DNA of 62,645 bases, counting the filler, from Chrysochromulina tobinii (Eukaryota): the NCBI GenBank assembly GCA_001275005.1. It is 4 parts of 4 records of this genome, joined end to end, with 100 filler letters (N's around TTAATTAATTAA, not from the genome) between each part and the next. Parts side by side here need not be neighbours in the genome. Positions count along the whole stretch, not along the records: positions 32,069 to 53,848 come from JWZX01001222.1; 3 more parts are not named here. One strand, written 5' to 3'. Position numbers and translations under genes: made by a program. The notes below the pieces were generated by a model. It searched no databases and was not told where the DNA came from. It saw nothing but the letters and a program-made list of their open reading frames with translations. Positions 31,969 to 42,716 of this stretch are shown piece by piece (within the stretch, counting starts at the first letter, position 1; every line of letters starts with the position of its first letter).

Positions 31969-32068
31969 NNNNNNNNNNNNNNNNNNNNNNNNNNNNNNNN
32001 NNNNNNNNNNNNTTAATTAATTAANNNNNNNNNNNNNNNNNNNNNNNNNNNNNNNNNNNNNNNNNNNN
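31969..32068. other. Artificial contig spacer
   Basis: N44-TTAATTAATTAA-N44. Confidence 0.97.
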
Positions 32069-32369
32069 GGCCGCGAGAAAAGTCGAGTGGGGTCCCGCAT
32101 TGCGGGAGTTCGAAAATTTTGTCGGATCTCGTTTCACACCGGCGTGCAACACGTCTTCCAAGAGTTTAGCTTGTGTGCTTGAGGAGAAGAGAAGAAAGTA
32201 GAGGGGACGCCTAGAGGTCTTCGGCCCTAGCCCCTACTATGATTGTAGAGAGAACTTGTAACTTGGTCCCCCAGCCTGTGTGTCAGTCAGTTTGATCGCG
32301 GTCCCCCCGCGCTCACTACTACACCGGGGTTCGTCATCAGCCCGTGATGGCGCCGAATCCACCCGTTCG

Positions 32370-33902
32370 TTATGGAGACGTCGCTACCTCCACAGCCGGG
32401 GCGTGTACGAGCCCTTCTCTCCCAACACCTCGTGATGATCTCGCGGCGGCGACTATAGCTGCTGCAGTCGGGAAGTGCGTCGCATGCGCCGTCTGGGCAG
32501 CGGGCGAGAGCGCCCGGCGCGCATCGGATGGCGCGAAGCAGCGTGCGCCGCAGCCCGCTCCCGGTTCGACTGTGATCACACCTCCCCCAGTCGCGCACGA
32601 GCGCGACAGCAGCAACGCCGGTGGGGGTACAGACGTGTCCGCGCCACCCAAGCTCTCCGCTACGCGCCTCGGCAGTGGCCGAGGCCCCGCCGGTCGGTGG
32701 CGCCGCCAGAGGTTGACCAGCAACGTCAGGCGCCTGCATTCGGCCCTGATCTCGCTGATCTCGGGCCTGATCTCGGCCTCCATCTCGACGGCGAGAGCGT
32801 GAGGGCAGCCATGCAGCAGAGTGCCGTCGAAGCACAAGTGCTTGCCCGCGTGTGGAAAGCTCACGAAGGCGCCTCCGCCTGTCGGTACGGCGTCGCCACA
32901 AGCATCCGCGCGGGCCGGCAGCACGATGGTCGGGGCCCCAGCACTGCTGAGGTACGTAACCGTCGAGAGGAATGGCGGCACCAGCTCGCCGGTAGCAGAA
33001 TATAGACCCTCATCACAGTCAAAGTGAAAGGCGATGGAGCTTGCGTCGTCGTCGTACGCCACGCCTTCACCGCTGCTCACCGGCGGCGCGTTGCGCAGTT
33101 GCACCCACCACTCTGCACCAGTGAACTCTGCACCTGTGAACTCTGTGTCCGAGGCACCTGCTGTGCCCACGGAGGTGCCTAATATGGAGGCGGATGCGGT
33201 GTGGAATTGGAGGACTTCGAGCGCCGCACGCTCGAGGGAGCAGCGTGCGGAGGTCGTTACGTCCTGCCAGTAGGTCTTCCCGCCACCGCCATGGCGCAGC
33301 ACGAGCGCGAGAGCGTCTTCTCTGAGAGCTTCGAGGGCGGCCGGGGCGAGCACGGCTGACCAAACCTGAGCCGCAGGGCATTTGGGACGGGCATCTGGGC
33401 TCCGCAGCCACGCGCCGTGCACGCTGTGGGCGAGGGTTGGGAGCGCTTCGGCACCGACTTCGAAGCAGCACTCATCCTGCCGATCGCGAGTTTCCAGACG
33501 GCCAGCGGCCATGCTCTCACTGGCCAGTGCTGGCATAACGGCGTGGTCGCTCTGCTGTGCATGGCGCACAACCCTCACAGCGCTAAGCTCGCGCCGATGT
33601 GCATCCATGCACGCATCGAAGCACACCGTAAAACCTGGCGCATCCAAGCCGAGACAGCATCGTCCCTGCCGAGAGCCTAAGGTGACCCAATCTTCCAGCT
33701 CTGGCGTCGCGCTCAGGTCAAAGCCTGAAGTTGGAAGCTCATCGCAGGAGACGGCGCATCGCAGCGACGACGTCGGCGCGCATGCAGCTAACGGACCGCC
33801 TGCAATTCGCACGGTGGCCTCGTTGCATGTGCTCCACTCGAAGGGCGCTGAGACGACCTTCCGCCCATCAATCCAAAGCGTGAGCACGCATGACGTTGCC
33901 AT
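32370..33902 (-). CDS. Putative 2OG-Fe(II) oxygenase-fold protein
   Basis: GAEWWVQ, FHFDCDE (HxD), STVTYLS, KHLCFDGTLLHG (distal His) and RLTLLVNLW (2OG Arg). Confidence 0.7.
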   Translation of the reverse strand: MATSCVLTLWIDGRKVVSAPFEWSTCNEATVRIAGGPLAACAPTSSLRCAVSCDELPTSGFDLSATPELEDWVTLGSRQGRCCLGLDAPGFTVCFDACMDAHRRELSAVRVVRHAQQSDHAVMPALASESMAAGRLETRDRQDECCFEVGAEALPTLAHSVHGAWLRSPDARPKCPAAQVWSAVLAPAALEALREDALALVLRHGGGGKTYWQDVTTSARCSLERAALEVLQFHTASASILGTSVGTAGASDTEFTGAEFTGAEWWVQLRNAPPVSSGEGVAYDDDASSIAFHFDCDEGLYSATGELVPPFLSTVTYLSSAGAPTIVLPARADACGDAVPTGGGAFVSFPHAGKHLCFDGTLLHGCPHALAVEMEAEIRPEISEIRAECRRLTLLVNLWRRHRPAGPRPLPRRVAESLGGADTSVPPPALLLSRSCATGGGVITVEPGAGCGARCFAPSDARRALSPAAQTAHATHFPTAAAIVAAARSSRGVGREGLVHAPAVEVATSP

Positions 33903-34331
33903 CGTCGCCCCGCGCCAGCGGAAAGGTGGCGGCCACGCGGAGGGCGCCTCCGCCGAGGCCTGTGCTTTTGCAGGAGCGGCACCGAGGACCGAGCCGAGAA
34001 GGCCTGAAGGGTGACTGGTGTGAATATTGAAGTTTGGTACCCAGCATGGGCGCCGTTCCGGGCTTCACGACCAAGAAACCCCCCAGATCAGCATCGTCGA
34101 GCTTCTTCAGGGTTAGTTCAGAAAAGGGGCGGCGAGTGGCGGCTTGTGGCGGCTTGGGATGCGCTCTCGGAATTCTTCGAATTCCTGCTGACCTGCTCTG
34201 GTTGATAGGCTTTCGTGCTGGGCCCCCAACATATTCGAAGGGCCGCACGGCCCAAGCGCGCGCTGGACGGTGATCGACACCTTCACGTTGAGTTCACAGC
34301 CGAGTGCCGGTAACTTTTGCGTCTCGCGGCA

Positions 34332-36890
34332 ATGAGTTCACGGTTTCCGAGGCTCTTCTCTATGCTCCAACCCCGATGGTACAGCAATCGAGCCGCACAG
34401 CAGTCCAAGAAACGGAAGCAGCTGCAACCGCGTCGTGATCATCCTTCAGAGTCTGCACTCACAGCCGAGTGGGCGGAAGTCGCAGCGCTAACTACGGACA
34501 AGGCTAAGAGTGAGCTGGTCGACCGTACTGTTGATCAGCTGCACACGCTCGGAGCGGACAAGGTGTGCCGAATAGCCAGTATGGCTGGACAAGCGGGACT
34601 GACCTACGACCCACCATGGGACGATCTTTGGCGTCGCATCGAGCTCGTCGCAGCAGGATGGGAGGACGGAGCTCGTCGACCAGCTGATTCAGCACGGCTC
34701 GTGTGGGGCCTTGGAGCTGCTCGATACCACGCCCCAGTTTTGCTCGACAAGATAGCTGCACAGTTCATCACCGAAGGCCCGATTCTCACGCGCACTCTCA
34801 ATCTCCAGGATTCCGCCCGCGCCCTCTGGGCCTTTGCGATGCTCGACTACGCATCGCAGAGTCCCCGCTCGCCGGAGCTCTTCCAAGCGTTCGGTGGGCC
34901 GATTGCCGCGTGGCTGACTGACGCGAAGCCGGCCGATGATGCAGGAACCGCCGCAGCCCTCTCCTCTCTCCTTTGGGCACATGCCGTGGCGAACGTGCCC
35001 AACCGGGTCCTCTTCTCCACGTCAGAGTTCACCGAGAGCCTTCGCCGGATGCCTTGGAGCGTGGAGGCGGACATGAGCCGCCTCCACCAGTACCGCCTCT
35101 GGTGCGACGAGCGCAAGATGCAGTCAGGGCTGCCGGAGCCGCTGGCTGCGGAATGCAAGCGCGCCTTCAGCTGCACGCAAGTGTCGCCCTCGGTTCTGCA
35201 GCGCGAGGTGGCAGCGACGCTCGACATGCTGAATCTCGCGCCCATGCACGAGCACCGTCTGACGGAGGGCTACACCCTCGACATCGCCTGCGAGTATCGA
35301 GGTGTGCTCGTTGGCATCGAAGTGGATGGGCCGCAGCACTTCCTGGGCAACCTGAAGGGCACGCCCACCGGAGCCACCCAACTCAAGCGGCGGCAGCTAA
35401 AGCACTTGGGCTATCGGGTGCTCGCCGTGCCGTACTTCAAGTGGCATCAAGCCCCCGACCAGTCGTCGTACCTTCTCGAGGCACTTGACGAGCTGATCGG
35501 GCCGCAGCACAGCGCTTACTACGAGTTGGGACTCGATCCTTTAAAAATGGGCAGCTACAGCAACGAGGACGTGTTCAACGCACGCAACGCTGCCCTCCAA
35601 CAACACCACCCCGATCGCAACCCAACCGAGAGGCGAGTGCAGTGTCACGCACGAACGACAAAGATCATTGAGGCGTACCATCTCATTTGCTCGTCGCCCG
35701 AGTGGAAAGCGGCGGGGCGGGCGGCGCGCGAGGCGCAGCAGGCTGATGCTGCGAGAGCCGAGGCGCTCCGAGCGGTGCAGCGAGAGAGGATGGCGGCTGC
35801 CGCGGCCAAGCGGCAGGAGGCGGAGGAGCGAAGGCGGAGGGAGGAGGAAGCTCTCGCTCAGCGCCAGAGAGCGCATTTGGACAAGCTGCACGCGTTGCGG
35901 GCAGAGCAGGGCTTGCCTCGCACCACAGATGATGATGCCCTCGTGTGGGAAAAGGCTGCTGCAGACGCGGCCGCGAGGCGGGAGGAGGAAGCCAGGGCGG
36001 CAAAAGCAGCGGCGGCCGAGGCGAGGGCAGCGGAACAGGCAGCAGCAAAGGCTGCCGCTGCAGCTGCCGCGGAGGCGGACGCACGCGAGTCTGCTGCCGC
36101 GGCTGCTGCAGTGGCCGAGGGCTTTTGGGCAGAGCGTCGCTATTGGTGGCGTACCGCCTTCGAAATCTGGCGTTTGCCAGATTGCGAGCTGGAGAGGGCA
36201 GCGAACGTTCAGCTGCGCTTCGGGTTAATTGAGGTGGTCCTAGAGGGCCAGCGTCTAACGCAGCGCGAGCTGACAGAGGCCCTCCGCCACGACCCGCGTC
36301 GTCATTCGAGGTACATGCGCGAGCTGCGTGCGAAGCGCTTCCGCACACTGAATGATCACCTCCTCAACTCGAGCGTCGAAAGCATGAACAAGTGGAACAA
36401 CATCTTCGAAGAGCGAATTAACCTTCCGTGGGACGAAGACTTGTGGAAGGTTCATCAAACCTGGGACGCATTCACTGCAGCTGCATGGCCTGAGGAACGC
36501 AAGAAGCAGTTCCTGTGGATCGACGACGAGTCGTGCCGAACGAATCCTGATGCGGCCAGAAGGCGCCGAAGGCTCAAATTAGAACAGAATTTGGGAATTC
36601 TGTTCTCTTACTTGGGCTCAAGGCTAGATATTCGCGACGTGAGACTTGGTCCACCAATCGACTACATCGGCTACACTGGGAGTCGAGCTGAGTACACCCG
36701 TCTTCGCATAATTAATAGGGTCAACTTTCCCTGGTACACTTTGTGGGACATGAAGTTTCGGCTCCTCGTCGCCGGGCTTGTTGGGTGGCAGATAGTGAAG
36801 CGAGTCGGCCTGCTACAGAAGGACAAGAAGGAGCATGCTGACACAGTTGAGCAGGATGAGCAGCATTCGAAATCGAATAGGACCGAATAA
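34332..36890 (+). CDS. RAP-domain (FASTK/OPR-like) protein fused to a J-domain, coiled coil and C-terminal TM; organelle-targeted
   Basis: Helical repeats (LVWGLG, ALWAFA, LLWAHA), RAP domain GYTLDIA...IEVDGPQHF...TQLKRRQLKHLGYRVLAVPYFKW, and J-domain YYELGL...HHPDRN...KIIEAYHLI. The N-terminus is rich in R/S. Confidence 0.85.
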   Translation: MSSRFPRLFSMLQPRWYSNRAAQQSKKRKQLQPRRDHPSESALTAEWAEVAALTTDKAKSELVDRTVDQLHTLGADKVCRIASMAGQAGLTYDPPWDDLWRRIELVAAGWEDGARRPADSARLVWGLGAARYHAPVLLDKIAAQFITEGPILTRTLNLQDSARALWAFAMLDYASQSPRSPELFQAFGGPIAAWLTDAKPADDAGTAAALSSLLWAHAVANVPNRVLFSTSEFTESLRRMPWSVEADMSRLHQYRLWCDERKMQSGLPEPLAAECKRAFSCTQVSPSVLQREVAATLDMLNLAPMHEHRLTEGYTLDIACEYRGVLVGIEVDGPQHFLGNLKGTPTGATQLKRRQLKHLGYRVLAVPYFKWHQAPDQSSYLLEALDELIGPQHSAYYELGLDPLKMGSYSNEDVFNARNAALQQHHPDRNPTERRVQCHARTTKIIEAYHLICSSPEWKAAGRAAREAQQADAARAEALRAVQRERMAAAAAKRQEAEERRRREEEALAQRQRAHLDKLHALRAEQGLPRTTDDDALVWEKAAADAAARREEEARAAKAAAAEARAAEQAAAKAAAAAAAEADARESAAAAAAVAEGFWAERRYWWRTAFEIWRLPDCELERAANVQLRFGLIEVVLEGQRLTQRELTEALRHDPRRHSRYMRELRAKRFRTLNDHLLNSSVESMNKWNNIFEERINLPWDEDLWKVHQTWDAFTAAAWPEERKKQFLWIDDESCRTNPDAARRRRRLKLEQNLGILFSYLGSRLDIRDVRLGPPIDYIGYTGSRAEYTRLRIINRVNFPWYTLWDMKFRLLVAGLVGWQIVKRVGLLQKDKKEHADTVEQDEQHSKSNRTE

Positions 36891-37443
36891 GCTTAAGTAC
36901 TTGAATTTGTGTTTGACGTCGGTGGAGCGGCGGTGCCCGGTGGGCGGAGGCCGGAGCCGGACTGGCGCGACTGCGAGCCGGGACGGGCGCCCGGCGAAGG
37001 AGCGGAGTCGGGAGTGAGCGCGGAGGAGGAGTGGACGTGAGACCGCGAAATTACCAAATGAAGAATAATACTGCATTCTATTCTATGCACTTGCGAGTCC
37101 GCGTCGACTGCGCTGCACGGAGGGGCCGCCGCGCGCCGGGCGTTTGACGCTGTGCACCTAGTCCCCGTCAAAACTTTGCACCTTTCCCCTCGGTTTTGAT
37201 GTGAGTTGTTCCGCTCTGCTGTGCCGTGCATGTGCGCCCGTGTGTCCCGTGTGTGTCCCGTTTGTGTCCCGGCTCCCTGACACTCCCCCCGCCCGGGGAA
37301 AGAAGTTTTGTCGCGAGTTATTAATTAAAACGTTCATTGCTCTGTCTGTCACAAACCCCTCGTTGAGCAGCAGCAGCCCCTTCGTCGAGCGCTCTCTCTC
37401 TCGACGTCGCGGGACCCTTGGCTACCTGGACCCGGCGCCCGCG

Positions 37444-38643
37444 ATGCCCCGGCCCGTGCGGCGCGCTCGCAAGCTCATGGCCGACGACGACGTCGCGACG
37501 CCGGCTCCGCTCGCGCCGGCGGGCCGCCGCCGCGCGCCTCCTCCCGCAAGGGGGACTCGAGAAGTCGCCCCCAACATGGCTTCTCCCCCCCTGTCGGCTC
37601 GTGCATGTACGCCATCCCTGGCCCTCCTTCCCGAGGTGCTCATGGAGGTGATCATTGCAATCAGCATCACCAGGATCTCTGACGTTCCAGCCGTGGCCTC
37701 AGTGTGCACGCTTTGGCAAAGGTGTTGCGAGCTGGAACAGTTGTGGAAGCGTCTTGCTTGTGATCACTTCGAGGTTGTCGCACGCCAGGCCGCGACCGGT
37801 GTGGCACCTGCCAGCTGGAAACAGGTAGCCCGAGATCACACGATGTGTATCCGACTTAGCGAGCACCGCGTGCGCCGGAGATCGCTCATCGGTGGCAGCG
37901 TTCGTGACCTGCTCCAGCACGAGCCAGTCACGACGTTGTCATCGTACGTGTTCCATGTGCAGCTTGCGTACGACGACCAACTGCTGGGCGATTGGACAGG
38001 CAGCATTGGGAGCGTGGGTGAGCTCAATTTTGACGAAGTCGATGGCTTCCAAGGCGAATCCGGATACGTAAATGCGGCCAATCTGAAGTTGCCTGCCATA
38101 CGCCTATGGACAGATGAAGCTGCCCCCTGTCACCTGGACGTATATGACGACCTAGATCTGCCCGTCGACGAAAACGACGAAGTTGAGAGATGGGATAAGA
38201 TAAGATTGCACGTCTATGCAAGCCATCACTACCGGATCACGAAGCTCTATTGCGCCAGGTTGGTCGATTTTAACCATTTTGATACCTGCCGCATCCTCGA
38301 TTTTCCTGCACGTCGGACACGGCTACAAGAGCGCTCGGAGCAGAATACACCAGATTCGTACAACTTCTCGCCATCCTTATTTTTGGAGTTGAAGAATGAT
38401 CCATTCGATCCAGATGATCTGTCGCTGGGAACCAGGGCATTCGAGTGGATCTGGGCGACCGAGACGCGGCTTGGTCTCAATTTCGCCTACTTTGATATTC
38501 GTGACATCCGCCCTGCAACAGATGCTGAGCTTCTGGCGATTTTGGAGCTGCTGCTGGTCGACGGTTCTGCTGCTCTCCGCCGAGCAAACCTTGAGAGCTT
38601 TGGGTTCGTTGAGTTGAGTGGAGCTGAGTACCAGAACCAGTAG
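37444..38643 (+). CDS. F-box protein
   Basis: LALLPEVLMEVII...VASVCTLWQRCCELEQLWKRLACDHF...SWKQ. Confidence 0.75.
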   Translation: MPRPVRRARKLMADDDVATPAPLAPAGRRRAPPPARGTREVAPNMASPPLSARACTPSLALLPEVLMEVIIAISITRISDVPAVASVCTLWQRCCELEQLWKRLACDHFEVVARQAATGVAPASWKQVARDHTMCIRLSEHRVRRRSLIGGSVRDLLQHEPVTTLSSYVFHVQLAYDDQLLGDWTGSIGSVGELNFDEVDGFQGESGYVNAANLKLPAIRLWTDEAAPCHLDVYDDLDLPVDENDEVERWDKIRLHVYASHHYRITKLYCARLVDFNHFDTCRILDFPARRTRLQERSEQNTPDSYNFSPSLFLELKNDPFDPDDLSLGTRAFEWIWATETRLGLNFAYFDIRDIRPATDAELLAILELLLVDGSAALRRANLESFGFVELSGAEYQNQ

Positions 38644-39045
38644 GCGGAGGGTGTGGAGACTAGGAAGTCTAAAGTGGAGTGAGTGAGTGAGTGAGGCGAT
38701 GTTCGCTTCTACTAGTAAGCACTCACTACATGGTAGCTCAGCCTAAGGGTACAAAAACCTAGAGTTGGCATCCTTTTAACAGCTCATTTCACACAAGAAA
38801 ACCTGATCGCGGGAACTGATCGGTGAACACCCATGTCGGCGGGCGCGCTCCCTCCCGAGTTCATACTGGGGCCTGCCGCTCTCTCTTTTATCAGGTTTTC
38901 TCTCGGCTCTCTGTCTGCATGTGTCTCACGGCTGGCCGGTATTTCATTGTATTGTATTCTCTTCACGGCTCCGTTGTTTACGTGTTGTGTGTATTAAAAC
39001 TGAACACCCGCGATTTCCAGGTCAGCCCTTGACTTTCTTGCGTCC

Positions 39046-40923
39046 ATGAAAGTGCTACCCGACCACGCCTTGAGTACGTACGCTCTGAAGCTCCGCGAGG
39101 CCGAACAGTTGATAGCAGAGCAGGCCAACGAGATTTCTCGCCTCCGCGCTGCAGTTGCTCAGCCCATGCCCGCCGACCTCGAGCGGCAGCGGCTGCACAA
39201 CGAGTCCGTCCTTGCGGCGGTCAGTGAGGAACGCGCGGCGATCGCGCGTGAGATCGCATGGATTGAGGAGGCCAATGAGATCCTTGAGGTCACAAACACG
39301 CGCTTGATCGACGAGCGGATCGCACTCGATCGGGCCGTCGCCGAATTAGAGGCGGGGCATCAGCATGGAATGAGGCCACCCCTCGATCGGTCGTGCCATG
39401 CGGAGGCGCAGACCGAGCGTGCGCTCCTCGATGACCTCGTGGGCCAGGCCGCGCTCGAGAGGGTGGCCGAGCGCACGCACGCGAACGAGGCGCTCATTCA
39501 GACGCACGGTGCCGCGTGGGTAGCTGCGGTCTCCGCGATGCTTCGTGCGGAGGCGTCGTCGGTGCAGGGCCTGCTGGGGGCGACGCTGCAGGTTGGCGTG
39601 GGCCGCACAGCGCGCGACGACGGCACGTTGGGCGTGCCGCCGCCGCTCATCGAAGGCCTCGCGTTCACGTGGCGCAATCTCCTTCGTGCCGAGATCATCC
39701 GCTCGCTCGCGCCGTTGCGCGCATGCATCGCGAGGCTGCCTGGCGCGCTTGGCATCCCGCCGGGCGAGGTCCGACTGGGCGAGGAGGTGGAGGCGTCGAG
39801 TCTGGAGATGGATGGCGGGGTCCTGGGCCAGGACGGCCAGGGAGGCACCGCGGCGGCTGAGGATCAGGCTGGCGCCGTAGTGGGCGGCGCCGTAGTGGGC
39901 GGCGCCGTAGTGGGCGGCGCCGTAGTGGGCGGCGCCGTAGTGGCGATGGCCGACAGCCGCCGCCCACCTGCCGCCGCTGAGGCGCTCGACAAGGCGCCCA
40001 GCAAGGGGGGCTACAGCGAGGACCAAGGCGATGAGTTTGCGTTCTGTGGGTCTGGGGTGTCGTCCGTGCCTCCGCACGACGTGATCGCCTGCCGCGGCCG
40101 AGCCCACCTGGCGGCCCACCCGGCAGCCCAGCACAACGCTCAGCCCAGTCGACCGCACGCGTACCATCATCATCACCATCATCATCATCCGCCGCCACAG
40201 CGGCCTTCCACAGCCGAGTCCCAACGCCATACGCATCCGCACCCTCCCCACCACGCTCGCGAGGCCGCAGCCGCTGCGACGCAGGTGCTCACCACGACGC
40301 AGGTGCTCACCACGACGCACGCGGACGCCGCCGCCGCCGCCTCCGCCGCCGCTGCCGCCGCCGCCGCGCTTCCCAGCTGGATGGTCCGAGAGGCTCAAGG
40401 TGGCGAGGAGAGCTTCAGCATGCATCCGCTCGGGGCCGGGCCGCTCCCTAGTTGGTTGCTCGGGGCTTCACACCTCGGAGCTTCACACCTCGGGGCTTCA
40501 CACCTCGGGACTTCACAGCTCGGGGCCGGACAGCTCCCTAGTTGGTTACTCGGGGCTTCACACCCGGACGCGCCGCGCCCGGCTCCGTCGCCGCGCACGA
40601 GGCCTCCTCGAGCCATCTCGTCCGCGAGGAGCCATCTCCAGACGAGCCCACGGCCGCCCCTCGTGCGACCCCATACGGCAGCGGGCTCGGTGAGAGGCGG
40701 TGCAACGGCCAAGGTACAGGCCGATGGCGCCTTCTCGGGGCGGAAGGATGAGCGCTTGCGCATCTTCACGGCGGTCGATAAGGACGTCGCGCGAGAGATC
40801 GCCGCGATGCGACAGCTCATGCGGCGGCAGGAGGAGCTGCTGCCCGATGCTGGATGGGCGGCGCCACCGCCGGCCAGGCTCCGCCCGAGTCGCTGGAGCG
40901 CCTGCGGGAGGCGGGCTGTTTGA
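39046..40923 (+). CDS. Hypothetical coiled-coil/low-complexity protein
   Basis: 625-aa ORF with an N-terminal coiled coil, (GAVVG)x4, poly-His and (GASHL) repeats. Confidence 0.55.
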   Translation: MKVLPDHALSTYALKLREAEQLIAEQANEISRLRAAVAQPMPADLERQRLHNESVLAAVSEERAAIAREIAWIEEANEILEVTNTRLIDERIALDRAVAELEAGHQHGMRPPLDRSCHAEAQTERALLDDLVGQAALERVAERTHANEALIQTHGAAWVAAVSAMLRAEASSVQGLLGATLQVGVGRTARDDGTLGVPPPLIEGLAFTWRNLLRAEIIRSLAPLRACIARLPGALGIPPGEVRLGEEVEASSLEMDGGVLGQDGQGGTAAAEDQAGAVVGGAVVGGAVVGGAVVGGAVVAMADSRRPPAAAEALDKAPSKGGYSEDQGDEFAFCGSGVSSVPPHDVIACRGRAHLAAHPAAQHNAQPSRPHAYHHHHHHHHPPPQRPSTAESQRHTHPHPPHHAREAAAAATQVLTTTQVLTTTHADAAAAASAAAAAAAALPSWMVREAQGGEESFSMHPLGAGPLPSWLLGASHLGASHLGASHLGTSQLGAGQLPSWLLGASHPDAPRPAPSPRTRPPRAISSARSHLQTSPRPPLVRPHTAAGSVRGGATAKVQADGAFSGRKDERLRIFTAVDKDVAREIAAMRQLMRRQEELLPDAGWAAPPPARLRPSRWSACGRRAV

Positions 40924-41124
40924 TGACTGAGATCATGATTTGTAGAACAGCTGCGCTACCGGTACATCTAAACACCGTGGAAACGCGTCCACAAACCTAC
41001 GGTTCACGACGCGTTGTGTTGAACAGACCAGTTTTCGGAAGCCGACTGTTGCGATCTTGCCTTCTGGCTTGCGTGTGCTGTGCTGCGCGCCCAGAAGGCA
41101 GCGGCAGCCCGAGTCGCGACAGCC

Positions 41125-42369
41125 ATGGGTGTCGATTTCGACCTCACGGGCTTGCACGACGACCACACAATTCGCGCGGGGGTGCCGCCGCCGCTGTCGG
41201 AGCTGTGCGTTCGCGTCCTGGCCGCACACTTTGCGCATCGGCCGACGCTGCGCGGCATTGCGCCACGCTACATCAACCGGCTGACAGAGCTGCTGCCGAC
41301 GACGCTGCCGTTGGAGGTGACGGGGCCGCTGATCGACGATGAGGGCTATTGGAAGCGGTGCGCGACCAATCGGTGGGAGAATTGCACCATCTCGGAGCAC
41401 GGCTCCTCGTGGAAGCGCTGCTACTTTGAGAAGAACCTGACTGACTTTCTGGAGACGTTCGATCCGCTCAAGACGGACACCGAGGAGCTGATGCGCATGC
41501 TCGCGATCAGCAAGGACTACGTCTTCTCGCTCCGCGTCAAGCAGTTCCTCTCGCACCTCGACATGGAGATGCTCTTGCAGAACGTGCCGACGCTGTGCAA
41601 TCTCGACATGACGTTTGGGGTCAAGGACATCGGGATGGAGTACGAGCGATCGCTCTTCGGCATGAAGATGAGCGACGTGACCTCGCTCGCCAAGGCGCTG
41701 CGCGTCACCGAGACCCTCACGATCCTCTCTCTCCCGTGCAACCTGCTCGACGACAACACGATGCGTGTGCTCGCGACCGGTCTACAGGCGAACTCGACGA
41801 TCACGTCGCTCGACCTGTCGCACAACAAGATCGCCGACCGCGGCGTCAAGGCGATCGCGAAGCTGCTCACCGACAAGGCCGTCCTCCTCTCGCTCGACCT
41901 GTCGGACAACCACGTCCACGCGGATGGTGGCAAGTACTTCGGGCGCGCTCTCAAGATCAACTCGAGTCTCGAGACGCTCAACTTGCGCCTCAACCGGCTC
42001 GGCGACGAGGGGGGCAAGATGCTGCTCGAGGGGCTCGCGCACAACTCGACGCTCACGCACCTCAACCTCTCGTGCAACGCGCTTGACCATGACTCGGCAC
42101 AGCAGCTGGGCTCGATCGTGAGCAGCAGCACATCGCTCCAGAACCTCGATCTGAGCGGCAACGTCTTCAGCGAGGACGCGGGGCGATTGCTGCGCGATGG
42201 GCTGCAGCACAACCGGACGCTCACGAGCATGGACCTGCGCCTCAACCAGATCTCCGTCGACACGGCCGCCGCCATCGACGAGACCTGCAAGAGCAACAAG
42301 TTCGAGATGCAGCGCGCACGACGCTTGATCTTCGAGGAGCAGCAAATGGCCCAGTACGGGCACAAATGA
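41125..42369 (+). CDS. DRC5: Dynein regulatory complex subunit 5 (TCTE1-like LRR protein)
   Basis: VPPPLSELC, LPLEVTGPLIDDEGYWKRC, EHGSSWKRCYFE and YERSLFGMKMSD, followed by RNI-type LRRs. Codon bias is strong. Confidence 0.85.
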   Translation: MGVDFDLTGLHDDHTIRAGVPPPLSELCVRVLAAHFAHRPTLRGIAPRYINRLTELLPTTLPLEVTGPLIDDEGYWKRCATNRWENCTISEHGSSWKRCYFEKNLTDFLETFDPLKTDTEELMRMLAISKDYVFSLRVKQFLSHLDMEMLLQNVPTLCNLDMTFGVKDIGMEYERSLFGMKMSDVTSLAKALRVTETLTILSLPCNLLDDNTMRVLATGLQANSTITSLDLSHNKIADRGVKAIAKLLTDKAVLLSLDLSDNHVHADGGKYFGRALKINSSLETLNLRLNRLGDEGGKMLLEGLAHNSTLTHLNLSCNALDHDSAQQLGSIVSSSTSLQNLDLSGNVFSEDAGRLLRDGLQHNRTLTSMDLRLNQISVDTAAAIDETCKSNKFEMQRARRLIFEEQQMAQYGHK

Positions 42370-42716
42370 GCTCATTTGAGGCGGTCGCCAGGGCGAGCGA
42401 GGCGCGCGAGCACGATCCTGAGCGCGGGGGCTTGGAAATCCACATGGCTTTCGGGGCAGCGTTTGGGCGGAGGGAGGCGGTGTGGAAAGTGACGAAGAGC
42501 AACTGATACAAAGTATGAGGAAACTCCCTTGCAGGCGAGGCACGGAGGCGTTGCTCCCGCTTGTCGCTGGGCGCTGGACCGAGGCACGGTGCGGGAAGAG
42601 AGTGACTTGACTTGCCTTGAAGAGGCAGTGGCCATGCCCATGAAACATGTGTTTTTTTCCTTTTTGAGTCTCGCAACTTTCCGTCGTCCAGCAATGGAAA
42701 GTTGTATCATACAGAA

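Noticed and set aside
38725..38790. TAGCTCAG resembling a tRNA D-arm (also GTTCGA near 32108)
   Set aside because: There is no cloverleaf and no correctly spaced T-arm.
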